DNA of 64,000 bases. It comes from Lophium mytilinum. Taxonomy: Eukaryota. The notes beneath the pieces were generated by a model. That model was given only the letters and a program-made list of their open reading frames with translations, was not told the DNA's origin and searched no databases. The DNA is taken from assembly GCA_010093605.1 (NCBI GenBank), contig MU004195.1:1131566-1195565 (forward strand). The letters run 5' to 3'. The position numbers were made by a program, and so were the translations under genes. This document shows positions 1-13,607 of this stretch, one piece after another; position 1 is the stretch's first letter; the number at the start of each line of letters is the position of its first letter.

Positions 1-2076
1 TGCGAGCAAATCCGAGCAACCACGTTCCACGAGCCACCAAATCACACGTTGCTCAAGAAGGCCGATGTTGCTGTGTGCTTGTTCCATGTCCTCACGATTC
101 TTATCAGCTACCATGCTCACTACGAAAAGAGCGAGGAGGATGAGCTAGTCAGAGCATTTTTACATGGAATTGGTTCGTGGGAAAGGACTTCGAAATGGTG
201 CATTCATGCACTAACGGTGTGCTGTCACGAGCTACCGCTTTCTGTCACCAAGTCACTGGATAATATTGTCGTAAAGATGTCTCAAATTATCACTCAAGCT
301 CAAGTCGCAATCCATATCCTCGAGTTCCTCACGTCCTTGGCTCGAATGCCGGAGCTTCACAAGCATTTCCGAGAAGACGACTATAGGACGATATTTGGTG
401 TTAGCTTTCGCTATCTGCAATATGTTCGGCACAAAAATGAGGATATGGTCGCCTCTAGTTCTTCCCCGAGTGGCCAAAAGGCGCTTCGACACAGCGGCGC
501 CTCTCGCGATTTCTCTCATGCGTCCAACCCAAAAGCGGTAACGAACAAGTCCACAACTGATGACCTTCCACAATATGTGTACGCGTTAGCTTTTCACGTC
601 ATCACTTTCTGGTTCATGGCCTTGAAACTGCCAGAGAGACATCAGCAGATAAAATGGATCACTCAAAACCTGGTCTACCAAAATAAAGCTGGACATAATA
701 TTATTGAAGAGCAAAGCCAAGTCATCATAGATTTGATGCAGATGGTAGCATATTCGGACCGCGACGAAACGAGCCCAAACCCAGACTTCGCGAAACCTTC
801 GGATGGGGATATCTTGGAGAAAACATGGCTTGTAGGACACAGCTTGCTAACACTGGAGACAGCTGGAAGAACTGGCGTGACTCAAATGACGAGCAGGAGA
901 CCGTGCGGTACTCGTTACTCCAGCATTCGTCCTCTTGTTACACAACTCCCTCAACACCATATTCCCATAGCCTCCGGCGAGACTTCGGAGGCCTTCTTGG
1001 AGTCGTCATATCCCAGTATTCTCCCAGACGACATCTACCAAAGCTACTTCGGGCCGCTCAATTTTCCTTCTGCTTTGGGTGTCCTACCCGAACCGCCAAC
1101 CTGTCTACCAGAGGACGATATGAGTCGACGGGCCATTGCGACTTTTGACCGTAGTCCCACAGTCGATGGACACAAGATTGGTGTCATCTATATCGGCGAA
1201 GGGCAGACTGACGAGCGGGAGATCTTGCTAAACGTAATGGGATCTTCTGACTATACTGCCTTTCTCGGTGACCTCGGAACACTGATGCGTCTCAAAGGCG
1301 CGAAATTCAACACTGGTGGTCTCGATACTCGTTACGACAGTGATGGCGAATTTACTATTGCTTGGCGCGATCGCGTAATGGAAATTTGCTATCATATCAC
1401 CACAATGATGCCTACGAATCTTGAAGGCAACGAGACTTACGCGAATAAAAAGCGACATATCGGGAACGACTTTGTCAATATCATCTTTAACGATTCTGGC
1501 CTTCCATACGATTTTGACACTTTCCCTTCCGCCTTCAATTACGTCCATATTGTCGTCACACCTGAAGCGCGGGCTTCCTTCATCGAGCGCCGTCTAGACC
1601 TGGACCCAGACGGTAGGACTCGATACTACAAGGTCCAGGTCATCCCAAAACCCGGTTTCCCCGAAATATCCCCAGCAGCTGAAAGCAAGATGATCAGTGG
1701 AAAACACCTTGCCGCTTACTGCCGCCTCATCGCCATCAACGCCAGCGTGTTTTCGCAAGTCTGGTTCGAGCGCGAGGGCGGCGAGTCTGTCTCCTCATGG
1801 CGACATCGACTACGCCAGATTGTGAGGCTGCGCGAACGATATATACCTAAGCCCGTCCCACCGAAAAACGACGATTCGCCGTCCTCGCCTTCTGGCGAGA
1901 TGAACCGGTTTTCAAGCACGCCTGTGCCCAGTTCGAGAGGTAGTAACATGTCTATGCGGGAGAGCAAGATCACTGTCAAGCGCTCTAGCAACTTCACCCA
2001 TGTTAGCGAAGGCACGAGTAGGAGCAGTATTGCGAGTGGTGCTGCCGAAATGGAGCGACAGGGCTCTGGCACGTGA
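1..2076 (+). CDS. TSC2: Tuberin (TSC2), C-terminal part including the Rap/Rheb-GAP domain; 5'-truncated by the window edge
   Basis: Frame is open from base 1 to TGA 2074-2076. Tuberin-type motifs CIHALTVCCHELPLS and HILEFLTSLARMP, then GAP-domain motifs HKIGVIYIGEGQ, FNTGGLD, YHITTMMP and KKRHIGNDFVNIIFN. Confidence 0.93.
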   Translation, partial: CEQIRATTFHEPPNHTLLKKADVAVCLFHVLTILISYHAHYEKSEEDELVRAFLHGIGSWERTSKWCIHALTVCCHELPLSVTKSLDNIVVKMSQIITQAQVAIHILEFLTSLARMPELHKHFREDDYRTIFGVSFRYLQYVRHKNEDMVASSSSPSGQKALRHSGASRDFSHASNPKAVTNKSTTDDLPQYVYALAFHVITFWFMALKLPERHQQIKWITQNLVYQNKAGHNIIEEQSQVIIDLMQMVAYSDRDETSPNPDFAKPSDGDILEKTWLVGHSLLTLETAGRTGVTQMTSRRPCGTRYSSIRPLVTQLPQHHIPIASGETSEAFLESSYPSILPDDIYQSYFGPLNFPSALGVLPEPPTCLPEDDMSRRAIATFDRSPTVDGHKIGVIYIGEGQTDEREILLNVMGSSDYTAFLGDLGTLMRLKGAKFNTGGLDTRYDSDGEFTIAWRDRVMEICYHITTMMPTNLEGNETYANKKRHIGNDFVNIIFNDSGLPYDFDTFPSAFNYVHIVVTPEARASFIERRLDLDPDGRTRYYKVQVIPKPGFPEISPAAESKMISGKHLAAYCRLIAINASVFSQVWFEREGGESVSSWRHRLRQIVRLRERYIPKPVPPKNDDSPSSPSGEMNRFSSTPVPSSRGSNMSMRESKITVKRSSNFTHVSEGTSRSSIASGAAEMERQGSGT

Positions 2077-2718
2077 GAAGCCAGGAAGCTCTGTCAGAAA
2101 GCTGTCTCCGCCGTATTTGTTCTTTCACGCGGCATGGAACCGGCGTACCAAGGTCTCGGATAAGACCTGTTGTTACGCATCACGAACCGGGAATCGGTCC
2201 TTACGCGCTTCTTCTATACACTATACTCTCCTGCGCATAGCGAATGCACATATACCCCGGGGGCGTTCAAGGCATTGACAGGATACATATCTCCTTTCTC
2301 TCCCATGTCCCCATTCTCCTTTTTCTTCCTCGTCTCTCTCTTTTTGTTCCTCAAAAGTCGTTTCGGAGCCTTGGTTGGGGGGGTGTCTATGATCCCCGGC
2401 GTTGTCTACCCTCCACACAAAAGTCTTTCATGCGTTTTCTTTTTGGCCTGTTCCATTCCATTAGGAGCATGGCCATCCACAGCGAACGCCTGTATTCTGC
2501 TTTGAACTATGTTTGGGGAGTCACATAACTCTCGCCCATGTGTATAGTATAGTAGTATGCGTAACATAGCGACACGCGAAGTGGGTCTTTCCACTCATTG
2601 AAAAGCTTTCGGTTCTATGTCCATTTCAGACTTTACGACGCACGTTCTACTAATATATCCTAAAACAATGACATTACCCATCATGTAACTCTCCACCCAC
2701 CTTCCTACCCCCTTCGGC

Positions 2719-4384
2719 TCACAAAAAACTCTTCCCTTTAACCTTACTCACATTCCTCTTCAGAGTCCCCCTATAAGCCCTCTTCCTCAACCCCAAACCC
2801 CTCTTCGCAACCGCCTCCTTCGCCGGCAAACTCCCAAAACTCGTCCCATACGTCGCCACCGCCGCCGCAATCGCCTTCGCATTCAGCACAAACGCCGTCA
2901 TATTCAAATTCGCCACAGTATCCCCCGCGCCGTGATAATTCACATCTGTCGCGACCCCCGCCTCGCCCCCAAACAATTCCACCTCCTCCTCCGTCTTGAT
3001 CTCCTCCGCCCCGGTAAACGTCCCGCCCGCGGGTATCCCATTATCAATAAACGCCTGATAGTCCGACCTTCCATCAAACGCCGTCGGTACACTCCCGGGC
3101 CCCTCCACCGCGAAAAAAGCCTCGAAGAAATGCTCTATCTCCGCCGACCCCGCCGGGCCCGTCTGGTTGAACGCGGACCCATCCCCGTCGTAGATCGCGT
3201 AGATGTAGTTCGGGCTCGCGATCATGTCGAAGTTGAGATAGGCACGGACATTCGCGAGCTCGCTGTCGGACAGGCTGTCGACGTAGTAGGTGCTCCCGAG
3301 CAGGCCTTCTTCCTCGCCGCTCCAGAAGCCGAAGCGCACGGCGTTGTTCACGCGGTATTTGGCGAGGGCTTTCGCGACGGCGAGGATCCCGATTGTGCCG
3401 CTGCCGTCGTCGTTGATTCCTGGGCCGGCGGCGACGCTGTCGGTGTGCGCGCCAAGGACGAGGGTGGTGTTGGGGGAGCCGCAGTTGGAGGTGGCGATCA
3501 CGTTGGAGGTGTAGGCGGTTTCGATGACGCTGAGGACGGAAAGGGTGGCATTTAGAGTTGCGCCGTCGGTGATTGAGGAGACGAGGGCGGTGCCGTCTTC
3601 CTGGGATAGGGCGAGCGTGGGGACGTAGGGGCCTTCGGCGCGCGGAAGGCCCAGGGTGCCGTTCAGTCCGCCAGGGATGTTGTTATAGATGATTGCTGCG
3701 GAGGCGCCCGCGAGGCCGGCAAGGACGGATTTGGCGCCGAATTCGCAGGTGCCGCGCGAGATGAGGGCGATGTTGCCGGAGACATCGGCAGGGTAGTCAG
3801 ACTTGGTGGAAAGTCAGAAGGTGGGTCGAGATATCTAACGTGAGTGGCCGATACTTACTGCTTCACAACCTTTGTTGCTAATAGAGACAAGAGGCGCCGT
3901 GACCTCGCCGCTGGCGGAGTACTCCATGATCGATGCGGCGTATTTGGTGCCGTCGATGGTCAGGTTGCCTTCGGCGCTGATTTGGACAAGGGAGCTCCAT
4001 TCCTGCCGCTCGACGGTGTAGTAGTCGTCCAGGGAGGTTAGTTCTTTGATGAGGTAGGCGACGGTGTCGTTGTGCCCGAGCCCGCCCATCAGTCGGTTGC
4101 GCTCGGGGTGCGCGTAGGCGAAAGACTCGAGAGTTTTGGCGCCTTTGAGGAGGTTTTTTTCTCTGATGTCTTTTTGGAGGTGTTTCTGGATATTGTTAGA
4201 TTGTACGTGGATTCAATTGGGTATAGCTTTTGGGTGCTCTTACCGAGCTGACGAGGGGCAGATGCTTGCACTGTTTGCATTGCTTCGGTGGAGGATGATG
4301 GTGACCAGGTCCGCCAGGGGTCGGCGAACTCAATGCAAGGGTAGCAAGAGCACCAATGGCGGCGGCATATTGAAAGGTCCTCAT
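2719..4384 (-). CDS. APE3: Secreted/vacuolar M28 aminopeptidase with PA domain (aminopeptidase Y / Lap2-like), 3 exons
   Basis: ATG 4384 with signal peptide MRTFQYAAAIGALATLALS. Introns 4243-4186 and 3858-3802 (GT..AG) join the frames. PA domain IALISRGTCEF; catalytic motifs GAHTDSV, GPGINDDGSG, SGEEEGLLGS, LNFDMIAS, FDGRSDY and YH. Confidence 0.9.
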
Positions 4385-6225
4385 GATCGCAGGTTTGCAG
4401 ACTTCTGGAAATCCGAAGAAGTTGACCCAAAATCTCGGGGTGAGGAGGATGATCAGGTTTAAGTACCTGCATCATAGCCCGGCTTAGAGCCATAGATTGC
4501 ATGCTACGTACCTGGAAGGCAGAACCAAAATTCCAGGATCGCGGTGGCTTCCGGCAGCATTGTGCAAATACTGTGCCTAGGTGGGGTTATCAAGCCCGCG
4601 CAATACCAAGCCGGTGAAGCAACTCTCAATGCGGGAGGAGAGATGGATTAGATATCCTCTTCACGCGGTCAAGAGATGCCCAGCACGCCTCCCGCTCATC
4701 GATGGCGAGTCCGCTGGGAAGAAGTTCGCGGTGTTTGGTGGGAGGGAGCAATGCCCAGGCCCCGCGAACTGCAAATAGAAGGACCCAAGCCTCGCCCAAG
4801 ACTTCCGCCGAGGAACTTTGATATCGGACGCCGGGGTAGGATTGTATAAAGAACCTTGGCAGAAAGAGGGGTCGAAGGGGTTCGCCTCGTGATCACCTTG
4901 ATACCTACCTATTTGAACGTCCGCGCTTCCGGTCTAGAAGCAGGCTTCGGAACTCATTATCGAGGTAGGGAGATTACGCAACGTCACGCCATTCAGAGCA
5001 CGAGATTGCAGTGCTGTGCTAGGTTATTGTATTATCAAGTTCGCTTCTGTAGGGGAGCTTGATAGGACATTGATGACAGTTCGCACGCGATGTGAAAGAT
5101 AAAGGATCATAGTAGAATGGAACGGCGACAGCTTAACAGTTTCCGCAAGGAAGTGAATGCGTAGCACAAACCAGGGTAGTTCAACAGCGGCATATCAGTC
5201 CAGAGCAGTGCCGTAAATGTATTTTTATTCATTGGGAGCTACCATGGTAGAGGTTGTGGCTGTGTGGAGCCATGAGGGCCTCGGTCTAGATGAGAAGCGG
5301 TTAATGAACTCAAGGAGCCCGCGAGTCTGAGCGGAGTGGAAACCGGGATCGATCGGCTCTGCCAAGCCTAGCTGACTAAGACTACGTAGTACCATGTCTA
5401 TCGTCACTTCGTCTCTCTGCCGTTCCGCTATCGCCATCATCCAACGCTTGCAGAAAGACGAGATCGCATTTTAGCGACTTGAATAGCTCTACGGAAGGAA
5501 ACGCTGGTGTTACTAGATGATCCACGATGGTTAGGATGCAGGACCTTCGACGCAAGAGCAGGTTTTCTCAATATTATTTCTACGATGATACATCACAATT
5601 TTGGACACACGGGTAAATCACTGGGTCGACCCCAGGTTTAATCACCTGGCACAACTGTCAGGAGTACCGCAGCTAGATGTGGCATTTCAAAAGGTAGTCT
5701 GACTTCAGCCATGTTGACGTTGAAGTCGTACCTAGAGTTAGCAAAAGCCTATCGGGGTACACCGGGAAGTCGCGCAAAGAGCGCCCAATCCTATTCCCTA
5801 GTATTGTGGCAAAAGCTTCAGCTCGTCATTTCACAGTCAAACAGAGCGGAATGACGAAAAAGAATAATGGTACGTTGCTACCGCACGCGGTTGCCTCAGC
5901 GTCAAGAGAGCAGAGCCAGGGAGCTGCGAAGAAGGAACTTTGGGTCCATGTTTAGCGATCCACGGGTGTGAATCGTTCTTGCTGATTGTTCCGCAGCTGC
6001 ACCCCTAGACTTGAAGGAAAGGGCGCCTTGTCCCAAGTATTTATTCGCGTTGCTGCCCTCCTTCTTGCAAACTATACACATCCAACTCAACATTCCATTC
6101 GTGCTTCTTAATACGTGCTATTGAAACCATCCTCCACATACTTTACCAACACGCAGCTCTATTCTTTTCCTCTCGTTGTAGAAGTAAGGGGAATCATCCC
6201 AGCCCCCCAACGTGTCAAAGCAGGC

Positions 6226-7479
6226 ATGGCAAAAAGAAAGAAGGGCCCCAAGGCACCGAGAAGGAAGAAACCGAAGGAAGCACGGGAAGAAACGCCATGG
6301 AGACCCTCGGACCTGATGAATCTGATGGATAAAGGCCTGGAAGATCTTATTGGCGAGGAGGCGTTTCGACACCTCTACAAGGCAGTTACTGATTTAGATG
6401 CCGATGGAGATGCAACAGTCTCGATCAGTCAGTGGAACTCCCTGATTGAGATGGCGGAGAGTTCAGTTCGGTCGACTTCCGACCCCGATATGAGCCCAGA
6501 AACTCTCGATGGCCAGGATGGATACTCCGGTTCGAAGCAGCCAGAGAGCTCTCACTCGTCTCCTAACACATCAGAAGAAGAGACGGCGGCTGAGGAAGAG
6601 CCGAAAGCCACCAATTCCGAGATTTACCATCCGACCCACGATCTGGAACCAAAAGACTGGGCCGACTACACGGGCCGCATCCTCCATAATTGGAGCGCCG
6701 AAAAATCCCTTGCTGAGGTCGTCCTACACATCGCATGCTCGCAGGGCTTCGAACAGGCTACAAAGAACACGAAAACGTCCGAATTTCTCAAGAATTGCCC
6801 GAAGAATCTTCGCGGCTTCTTGTTCATCGAAGGGTTCTACAAGACAGGGGAACATCTCGTCGGCTTCATACTACCGAACCAAGAGCATCCCAGAGCTATG
6901 GACTTCCGCACCGCTGTCGCACAAGCCCCAGTTTTCGTTACACCATGCACAGACCTCGACCTTACATTAGCTAAAGACCCCTCGCAGGGTTGGCAGCATG
7001 TTACTAGCATCATACAAGACGCCACCGAGGAGCAGGACTACGACTCAGACGCCACCGAAATAGACGACAACTCGGGGTCGGACGACGACATCACAGATTG
7101 CTACTCGGCGAACATTTCTGAAGTACTCAACGGCAAGCATCGGGCGTATTATAAGCTCAGAGAGGGCCTCCCCATCTACACCCTAGTACAGCTGCGATCG
7201 AACTACTCACTGTTCGTAAATAACGAATTGACTACTCCAAATACGAGGTACAGAGGCAGACAGCCGCCTCCGGGTCCTGACGAGATCTGGCCGTCGAAGC
7301 CCAAGCGCGACAGGGTCGGTTGCATTCAACGCGAAATCGATTCGAGCTCGGGTTACAAAATCTCGCCGAAGGGAGAAGAAAATGACAGGGCACACGGGTG
7401 GTTCTCCACGGCACTAAAGTGGGTTGAAGAGGAACATCGACGAAACAGGCGACGCGGATGCGAGAAAAGATGGCTCTGA
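6226..7479 (+). CDS. Orphan hypothetical protein (~417 aa) with basic N- and C-termini (NLS-like) and acidic linkers
   Basis: Intronless 454-codon ORF 6115-7479; first ATG at 6226 (MAKRKKGPKAPRRKKPKE). Protein-like composition but no family recognised. Confidence 0.65.
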   Translation: MAKRKKGPKAPRRKKPKEAREETPWRPSDLMNLMDKGLEDLIGEEAFRHLYKAVTDLDADGDATVSISQWNSLIEMAESSVRSTSDPDMSPETLDGQDGYSGSKQPESSHSSPNTSEEETAAEEEPKATNSEIYHPTHDLEPKDWADYTGRILHNWSAEKSLAEVVLHIACSQGFEQATKNTKTSEFLKNCPKNLRGFLFIEGFYKTGEHLVGFILPNQEHPRAMDFRTAVAQAPVFVTPCTDLDLTLAKDPSQGWQHVTSIIQDATEEQDYDSDATEIDDNSGSDDDITDCYSANISEVLNGKHRAYYKLREGLPIYTLVQLRSNYSLFVNNELTTPNTRYRGRQPPPGPDEIWPSKPKRDRVGCIQREIDSSSGYKISPKGEENDRAHGWFSTALKWVEEEHRRNRRRGCEKRWL

Positions 7480-7699
7480 TCCAAAGATGTTGGAGATCAT
7501 ATCAGGAGGCTGTGCTGGGAGATGTTGGCTAGAAGCCTTCTGCGGTGTGGCTTGATGTTTGGGGTTTCTGGTGTTTGGGGTGTTGAGTGTAGGTCACTAC
7601 TATAGGAGTTGGACTGGAGCGTGTTATTGGTATCGGCGACTGGCATAAGCAATACAGAGCAACGCAGTGGCGGGGCACTTTGCGATGGTTAGTTCAAGA

Positions 7700-10600
7700 A
7701 ATTGATGAAAACCACAGAGGAACGCAGTTTTAAGGCATCTCGTGAGTTTGGTATTACTTCTAACATATTATCTTGTCGTTAGGTCAAGCTGTGAGGTCTC
7801 CGCGAACGAATTGCGCCACCAGACTCGTTGCGACTCATCCGAGTTATATACGGCTGTTGGTGCACTATACAGGACCTGTCGACTATGTATCTATCGAGAG
7901 GTGCTGCGGAACATTATTGCTACCACTACCCAGTACGTAAGTCGTATTAATCTTGGTTTTCGAAGTAAAAGGCATCAACGAAACTCGCCATGAAGAGCCA
8001 GATCGCGAACACAGCACCCATGCGATTATTTTCTGTGCAATTGCGGGATAATTTCTACGAACATTATTGGTTGTTTCCTTGCTTTTGTTGCTCGCAGCGA
8101 GAACACATCGGGCTATCAACATTTGGAAATAGATGGCTTCATGGGACATCACTATCCAGCCAAATCCCACATCACTACTAGGGACACCAGTGCTTGACCA
8201 CCAGGGCCATGTTGGCGTTGTTGGCCGTGTTGGTGTTTTGCAACCGGAACATGCACATATTCTGCTCTCCGTGCTTAGAAACATGGCCAGTTTGTGAAGT
8301 TTTTTGTCGTGGGCTGAACGCAGACAGGGAACGAGACTCATTCCACCAATAATTACGATCTTTTTCAAGAAATACGGAGCGGAACGACGCCACGATTTAC
8401 TGGTTTCCACGGCCCAGTCACCATGAAAGCCAACCGTGCAGACTTTGGTCGGACATCGAGATGATTTTCTCAAGGTGAAGCCCCATATGCATTCTTGCTG
8501 GTTTGTTTTCACCAGCATGGTACATCCGAATGAAGCATTTTTACGCCCCAAAACAAAGCCATATTTCTGCACTGCCGTATCTTTCATGACGGCGATTCTA
8601 AACCCAGCTCTTCGGTGAGATCAGAATTATCCGACATGCAAGAATTCGCCAGTGTAGGTTGAAGATCTCATCTTTTTTTTGATTCCAACACGCATAACTG
8701 AGCCAAGTTTAAAGAAATCGGCCGGTCTAGACTCTCGATTCCAGAGTTGGAACTGAATCTCTTGTTGCAGTGTGGAGAGCACCGTTTGAGGTGGCCCAAT
8801 GAGACTTAAGGTTATGGAAAACACTCGCATTGCTGATTTTGCAAAGGTGTCGAGGTGCTTCAGACGGCGGCATCCCAGAAACGTTGGGTTCACCACACGG
8901 TGGCATTTCAGAACTTGAAGAAATTCAACCTGACATAACGCCTAGACTCTCGATTCTTGGCACAAATGCAACATTCGATCAGTTGAATGACTGCTTCGAC
9001 ATTTGCGGAGTACTCATGTTTACCCTATCACGCTGATTCCACACACAGCACCCATGGAGTGCTCCCACCGTAGCCATTTCGCAAAGAATGCGGAGACATA
9101 GCGAATACATCTGTTGCCTTCTTGCATGGCGACTGGCGAGTGATGGTAGCCCGGAAGCACGAGGCATGGAACCTAGAATCTGTCTTTTCGGTTCCAGAGA
9201 GTCGAAAAACATCTACCAAGGTTACCGAATTTCTTTTTTCAGATTAGCAAGAGCACAGTTCAATTGGACTAGAGTCGCCTCGTATTGGTGTTCACATCCC
9301 AACAGGACGTGGAGGTGTGGTAGCACTAGTTCTGGTAGTACGTCCGGAAACCCTTCGCGAACACCGGTCCATGGTTACACGCAGGCTTTTTGTTGCAAAG
9401 AGTCTTCTGGCCATCGTTGCACCACGCCAAGACGTAGAACTAATTTTAAGATTGTGGGCTAGCTTTGCTGCCCAAACGCATATGATCGTTCAGTCCACTT
9501 TCTTTCAACTACCTCGGGACCACATAAGGCAGAAGAACACCGAGTCTCAAAATCGGGGATAATTCCCGCGGCCGGATACTGGAACATACGATCTTGGCAT
9601 GTTCGTAAGGACAGAATCATAGACTGACTCAATACTCTGAGGGTTTTGGCACCGTGCTTCCCATATCACTGAAGAGTGGCATATATTCATCAGTTACTTG
9701 TCCTGGTCTTGTTGGTAGAACCAACCAGAGTCTTACTCGCTCCACATTCCTGAGGTTCTCCAGGGATTCTTCGCTTTTCTGGAATTATCCAAGTTCTCCG
9801 AGACCATCATTGATAAAATCGGAGCGTTGTAGATTTGTCAGATCGTTGCCATGCTCTTATTTGATAGCAGCGACCAGAACCTTGCTCATTCCACATAGTA
9901 TGCTAAGTGTGCAGAGCTCTGATTGCTGGGAATCCTTCAACGTCTCCCAGATCATCGTAGGTAAGGTCGGAGTGGATCCGAAACAAAGTAAGATGAGAAC
10001 AAACGCGTTTCCGGCGCGACAGCTCATGGCCATCGCCGTTTTCTTTATTTCTACCAAGTTCCACCCATTTTTGACGTATCCTTCGGCTTTTCATCCAACC
10101 TTGGGTTTATCAATATTTTGAGGCCTGTTGGAACAGCAGAGGCCACCAAAAAGCATCAAGCTCTATAACCAGGGGTTCGTGGGATTAATGGTCGCAAACA
10201 GCCCATGGAGTGGATGACGGTACTGTTCTGGCTTGGCTACCAGAGTGCAGCAGACCCCATACGGCTCCTTGAACACGATGCTCAAACTCGGCGCATATTA
10301 TCCTAGACTAAGCTTGATAATTGGAGTAAGCTCAGTAGCTTCTATCCTCCACATGTGGCCGCAGTAATAGAGATCTTCAACTGACTCCGCAACGAGAGCA
10401 CGCCGACAGCATGAAATGCTTTCCGTCGTACGATTGTTCGGTGGAAATCCAGATACGGTGCGATCATGAACCAGAGACAGGTATTTCCTTTGAAGCTTTA
10501 ACGAGTGCGGCTCGGTCATGGAAGGTCCGAATACAGCTTTTTTTGACGATTGATCCGGACGAGACGAGCTGCTGGCAACATCGTCGGCTTGAAGATGTGA

Positions 10601-13450
10601 CTTTGTAGCCGGAAAGGAAGACCAAACCACACATGACATCCTGCGGAACATTGGTTTCCTCACCAAAGCTGGAAAGCATATATTTGCTACCAGTATCTCT
10701 CTGTCTATTAATAGAATCGCCCGAAAAGCGCCACTCATGGAGTGACCACAGGTCTCCTTTTTCAGCACCCATGATTCTAGTTCCAGGTGGATTCTCGTGA
10801 TCGTTCGATTTCTCGAACGCCTTCATGCTTTAGGTGTGCATCGAGCTCTTACGAGTATTGATGGAGCCAGGATCTTGAAATTGATCCTAAGCAGGAACAC
10901 GAGACGGGACTCATGAATCATAATCGTATCATTGGGTACTAACTGATAGAAGGAAAGCCCATGACACCGAAGCGGGTATCGTGATAATCTTGAGAAAAAT
11001 AACAAATTCGATGGACTCGAACTTCTTGCCCATAGCCAAGATATCAGAATTTGGCGGAACCCCAGGACATCGCCAGAACGTCGAGAGTATTACACCATTC
11101 TCCGGCATACCCGAGAGTACAACGACCTCGCAAAAGCTCATAGTTGAGAGTGAATCGGTGTTTATCTAACTCCCAGTTTCTCAGTCAAAGATACTGACAG
11201 CATTTGCAGGTTGGACGATCTTTTCATGACAACAGCGAATCGGACGTTACGATTAGGCTGCCGATGAGAACTAAACAGCTTCATAGTGCAAACCACCCTC
11301 GAGAATCTGATAGATATACGACCTAGGCCGGACAGGACAATGACACCTTCCATAGAGATCATCAGCTGCTTATTGGAATTCAGATCAGACACCATACGTT
11401 TGATGGCTCTCCTAAATTGGAGTTTCGAAATGGCCTTCGTTCTTACTCCGGCATTCCATGTAGCATCTCGGAGCTAGTTATGATTCTGGACAACATGCTG
11501 CCTGAGCTCCGACTCTTTTGCAGCTGGAGGCTCAGACAGGACATGGAAGCGTCCTGCACCTTAGAGTTAAAGATCGCCATTGCTCGCTGCGATAAACAAT
11601 TGCGAATCTATAGCGCATTCGAGCGGGAACGGAAGCCGGCATCGCACGATGTGATGGGCACTGTTTCGTTGAGACTCTGGGACCCATAGGATACGAGTGT
11701 GGTATTGTTCATCAATCACAGCGGTCGTGCGGATTGAAATCTTCGTACTCATTGCTGGACTGATCCCATAGCTTGTATCTCCAGGTGATGCTGAACAGAC
11801 AGCAATCAACACACCATCGTCGCTTTTGGTGGCCCTATTTGGACAAAGCTACAGGCACGCTGCCATAGAGTCTCAGAAGAGGTAGTGTCTTACAGGCATG
11901 AATAAGCTAGCAAATCCGTTTCGAAAGCTCGCCTGCCCAAAAGACCACCATAATTATGTTTAGTGGAGTGTTTTAGCATCTGTAGCAGCAGTTCAACACT
12001 CTCGAGAGAAAGCGGGAGCACAGCACCTACTTCTGGCAGGTCCTGAAGCTTTGGACGTCTGGCTCTGAAAAGCGCCATAGCATAAAATGCTCCAGGGTTT
12101 CGAAGTTCTCAATGTAGCACTCTGACTAACGCCACACTGGACACTGTGAACAAAGTTCATCGGCCATTATGGTAGTTTTTTTCTTAGTCTGAGACCTGCA
12201 AGCGGTAATCGACATTCCACGTCACTAGCACGTCGTCGGAAGCTTTGGCGTCGAGCGGAGACTTCCTAGGACGCTGCAACTATAATGGGTGACACTCCGC
12301 AGTTTGATCGGAGCAAAGAGCAAACATCTCAGTGACATGAAGCCGAGGAAGGAATTATGATAAAATTTCAGTGCCCACGTCCTCTGCCAGAGACTAAAAC
12401 ACTCCAGGACATTTCCGAACGGGAATAAAGACTTTTCGAGATACCCGGACCATAAAACTCGTCGTCCTCCGTATTTTTATGCCTCAATCCTCCCACGCCT
12501 CCTGGAAAGAACGACACTCCAGAAAATGCGGGGACTGCGGGACCCAGTTTCGAAAGGCGCAGCCTACCGGCTAGGATCTGGAAGGAGTTTTGCCCCTTAC
12601 ATCCCAACAAGGATCCATGAGGGCTCATAGAACCGTGATAGACCTCTGTATTTCGATGCCACAAAGATCGAAACACCGAGCCCAGCACGGGGATAGCGAT
12701 CCCATTCTTTTCGATCGACGACTCCACTGAAGATCTGGAAGATTCAGTCACAGGGCAAAGTAGTGTAAGACATTTGATCCCACCATAGCTAAGTCCAACT
12801 TCCAGAGCACACAGCATGTTAGTATCGGCACGGCGTGACCAATCGATCCATTCATCGAAGACTCCAAGTTACCACGCTCATAAAACTTTTCCTTGCATCT
12901 CTTCGTTCGCAAAATGGTCAACGCCAGGATCCAGAGCACACGCCATGAAGCTCGGCACATTCTCTTTAATCATGGTGAGCCACACGGCCCAATACTTAGT
13001 GTTGACCAGATAGCTGAAGAATCCGAAGGCACCGTAAATTTTTGGTGCAAAGGTAGTCGACAAGATGACGGAATCGAACTCCTCACACGCCATGTAAACC
13101 CGGACACACAGTCGATGCAACTACCACTCCGCGCCAGCCGTTATGCTTAGGTTCGTTTATTGTTGAAACCCCCCGACCATGCTCCTTGCTAATCGCTTGT
13201 CTTAAAAGACCCCCGACCTCCCACTTCCTCTCAGTGAGAGAGAGATGTTGCCGATCTACTAGTCCATCCCGGTCATTCCCCGGAACCCTTGAAGATGCTG
13301 AAGTTCCCGAATCCATGAGGGAATCTGTCTTCCAGCTGTGGAACAAAGCTCCAATGTTTTCCCACCATGGGAATTCTTCTCCGGTGATTTGATCACCCGC
13401 TCAAGAGGTGAGGACCCCGAGCAGACCATCACTGGAGGCTGTTCCGCTTG
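7700..13450 (+). pseudogene. Possible decayed long coding sequence or element relic, unidentified
   Basis: About 6 kb with no convincing gene; the longest ORF is 234 aa on the - strand and unrecognisable. + strand frames give protein-like patches (e.g. IPEVLQGFFAFLELSKFSETIIDKIGAL, DGLELLAHSQDIRIWRNP, IEIISCLLEFRSDTIRLMALLNWSFE) broken by stops and frameshifts. Confidence 0.25.
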
Positions 13451-13607
13451 ACGAGCGTTCCAATACTCAACACGCGACATGACTGGAAACATATCAGAAT
13501 GTTGGCGAGTTGATACACGAACATATCCCAGCCATTCATTCTCTGCTGCTTTGAGGTTTCCAAATGTCCAAACACACGCATGTTGGAAATACAACGCGTT
13601 TGATAAA

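Noticed and set aside
2932..3555. 207 aa + strand ORF and similar antisense ORFs (19250-19896, 22276-22715, 34604-35485, 44748-45275, 51373-51867, 61460-61948)
   Set aside because: These are shadows of well-supported genes on the opposite strand, produced by codon bias.
7883..8587. 234 aa minus-strand ORF
   Set aside because: No recognisable motif and non-protein-like composition (Cys/Trp/Ser-rich); probably chance or the shadow of a decayed + strand sequence.
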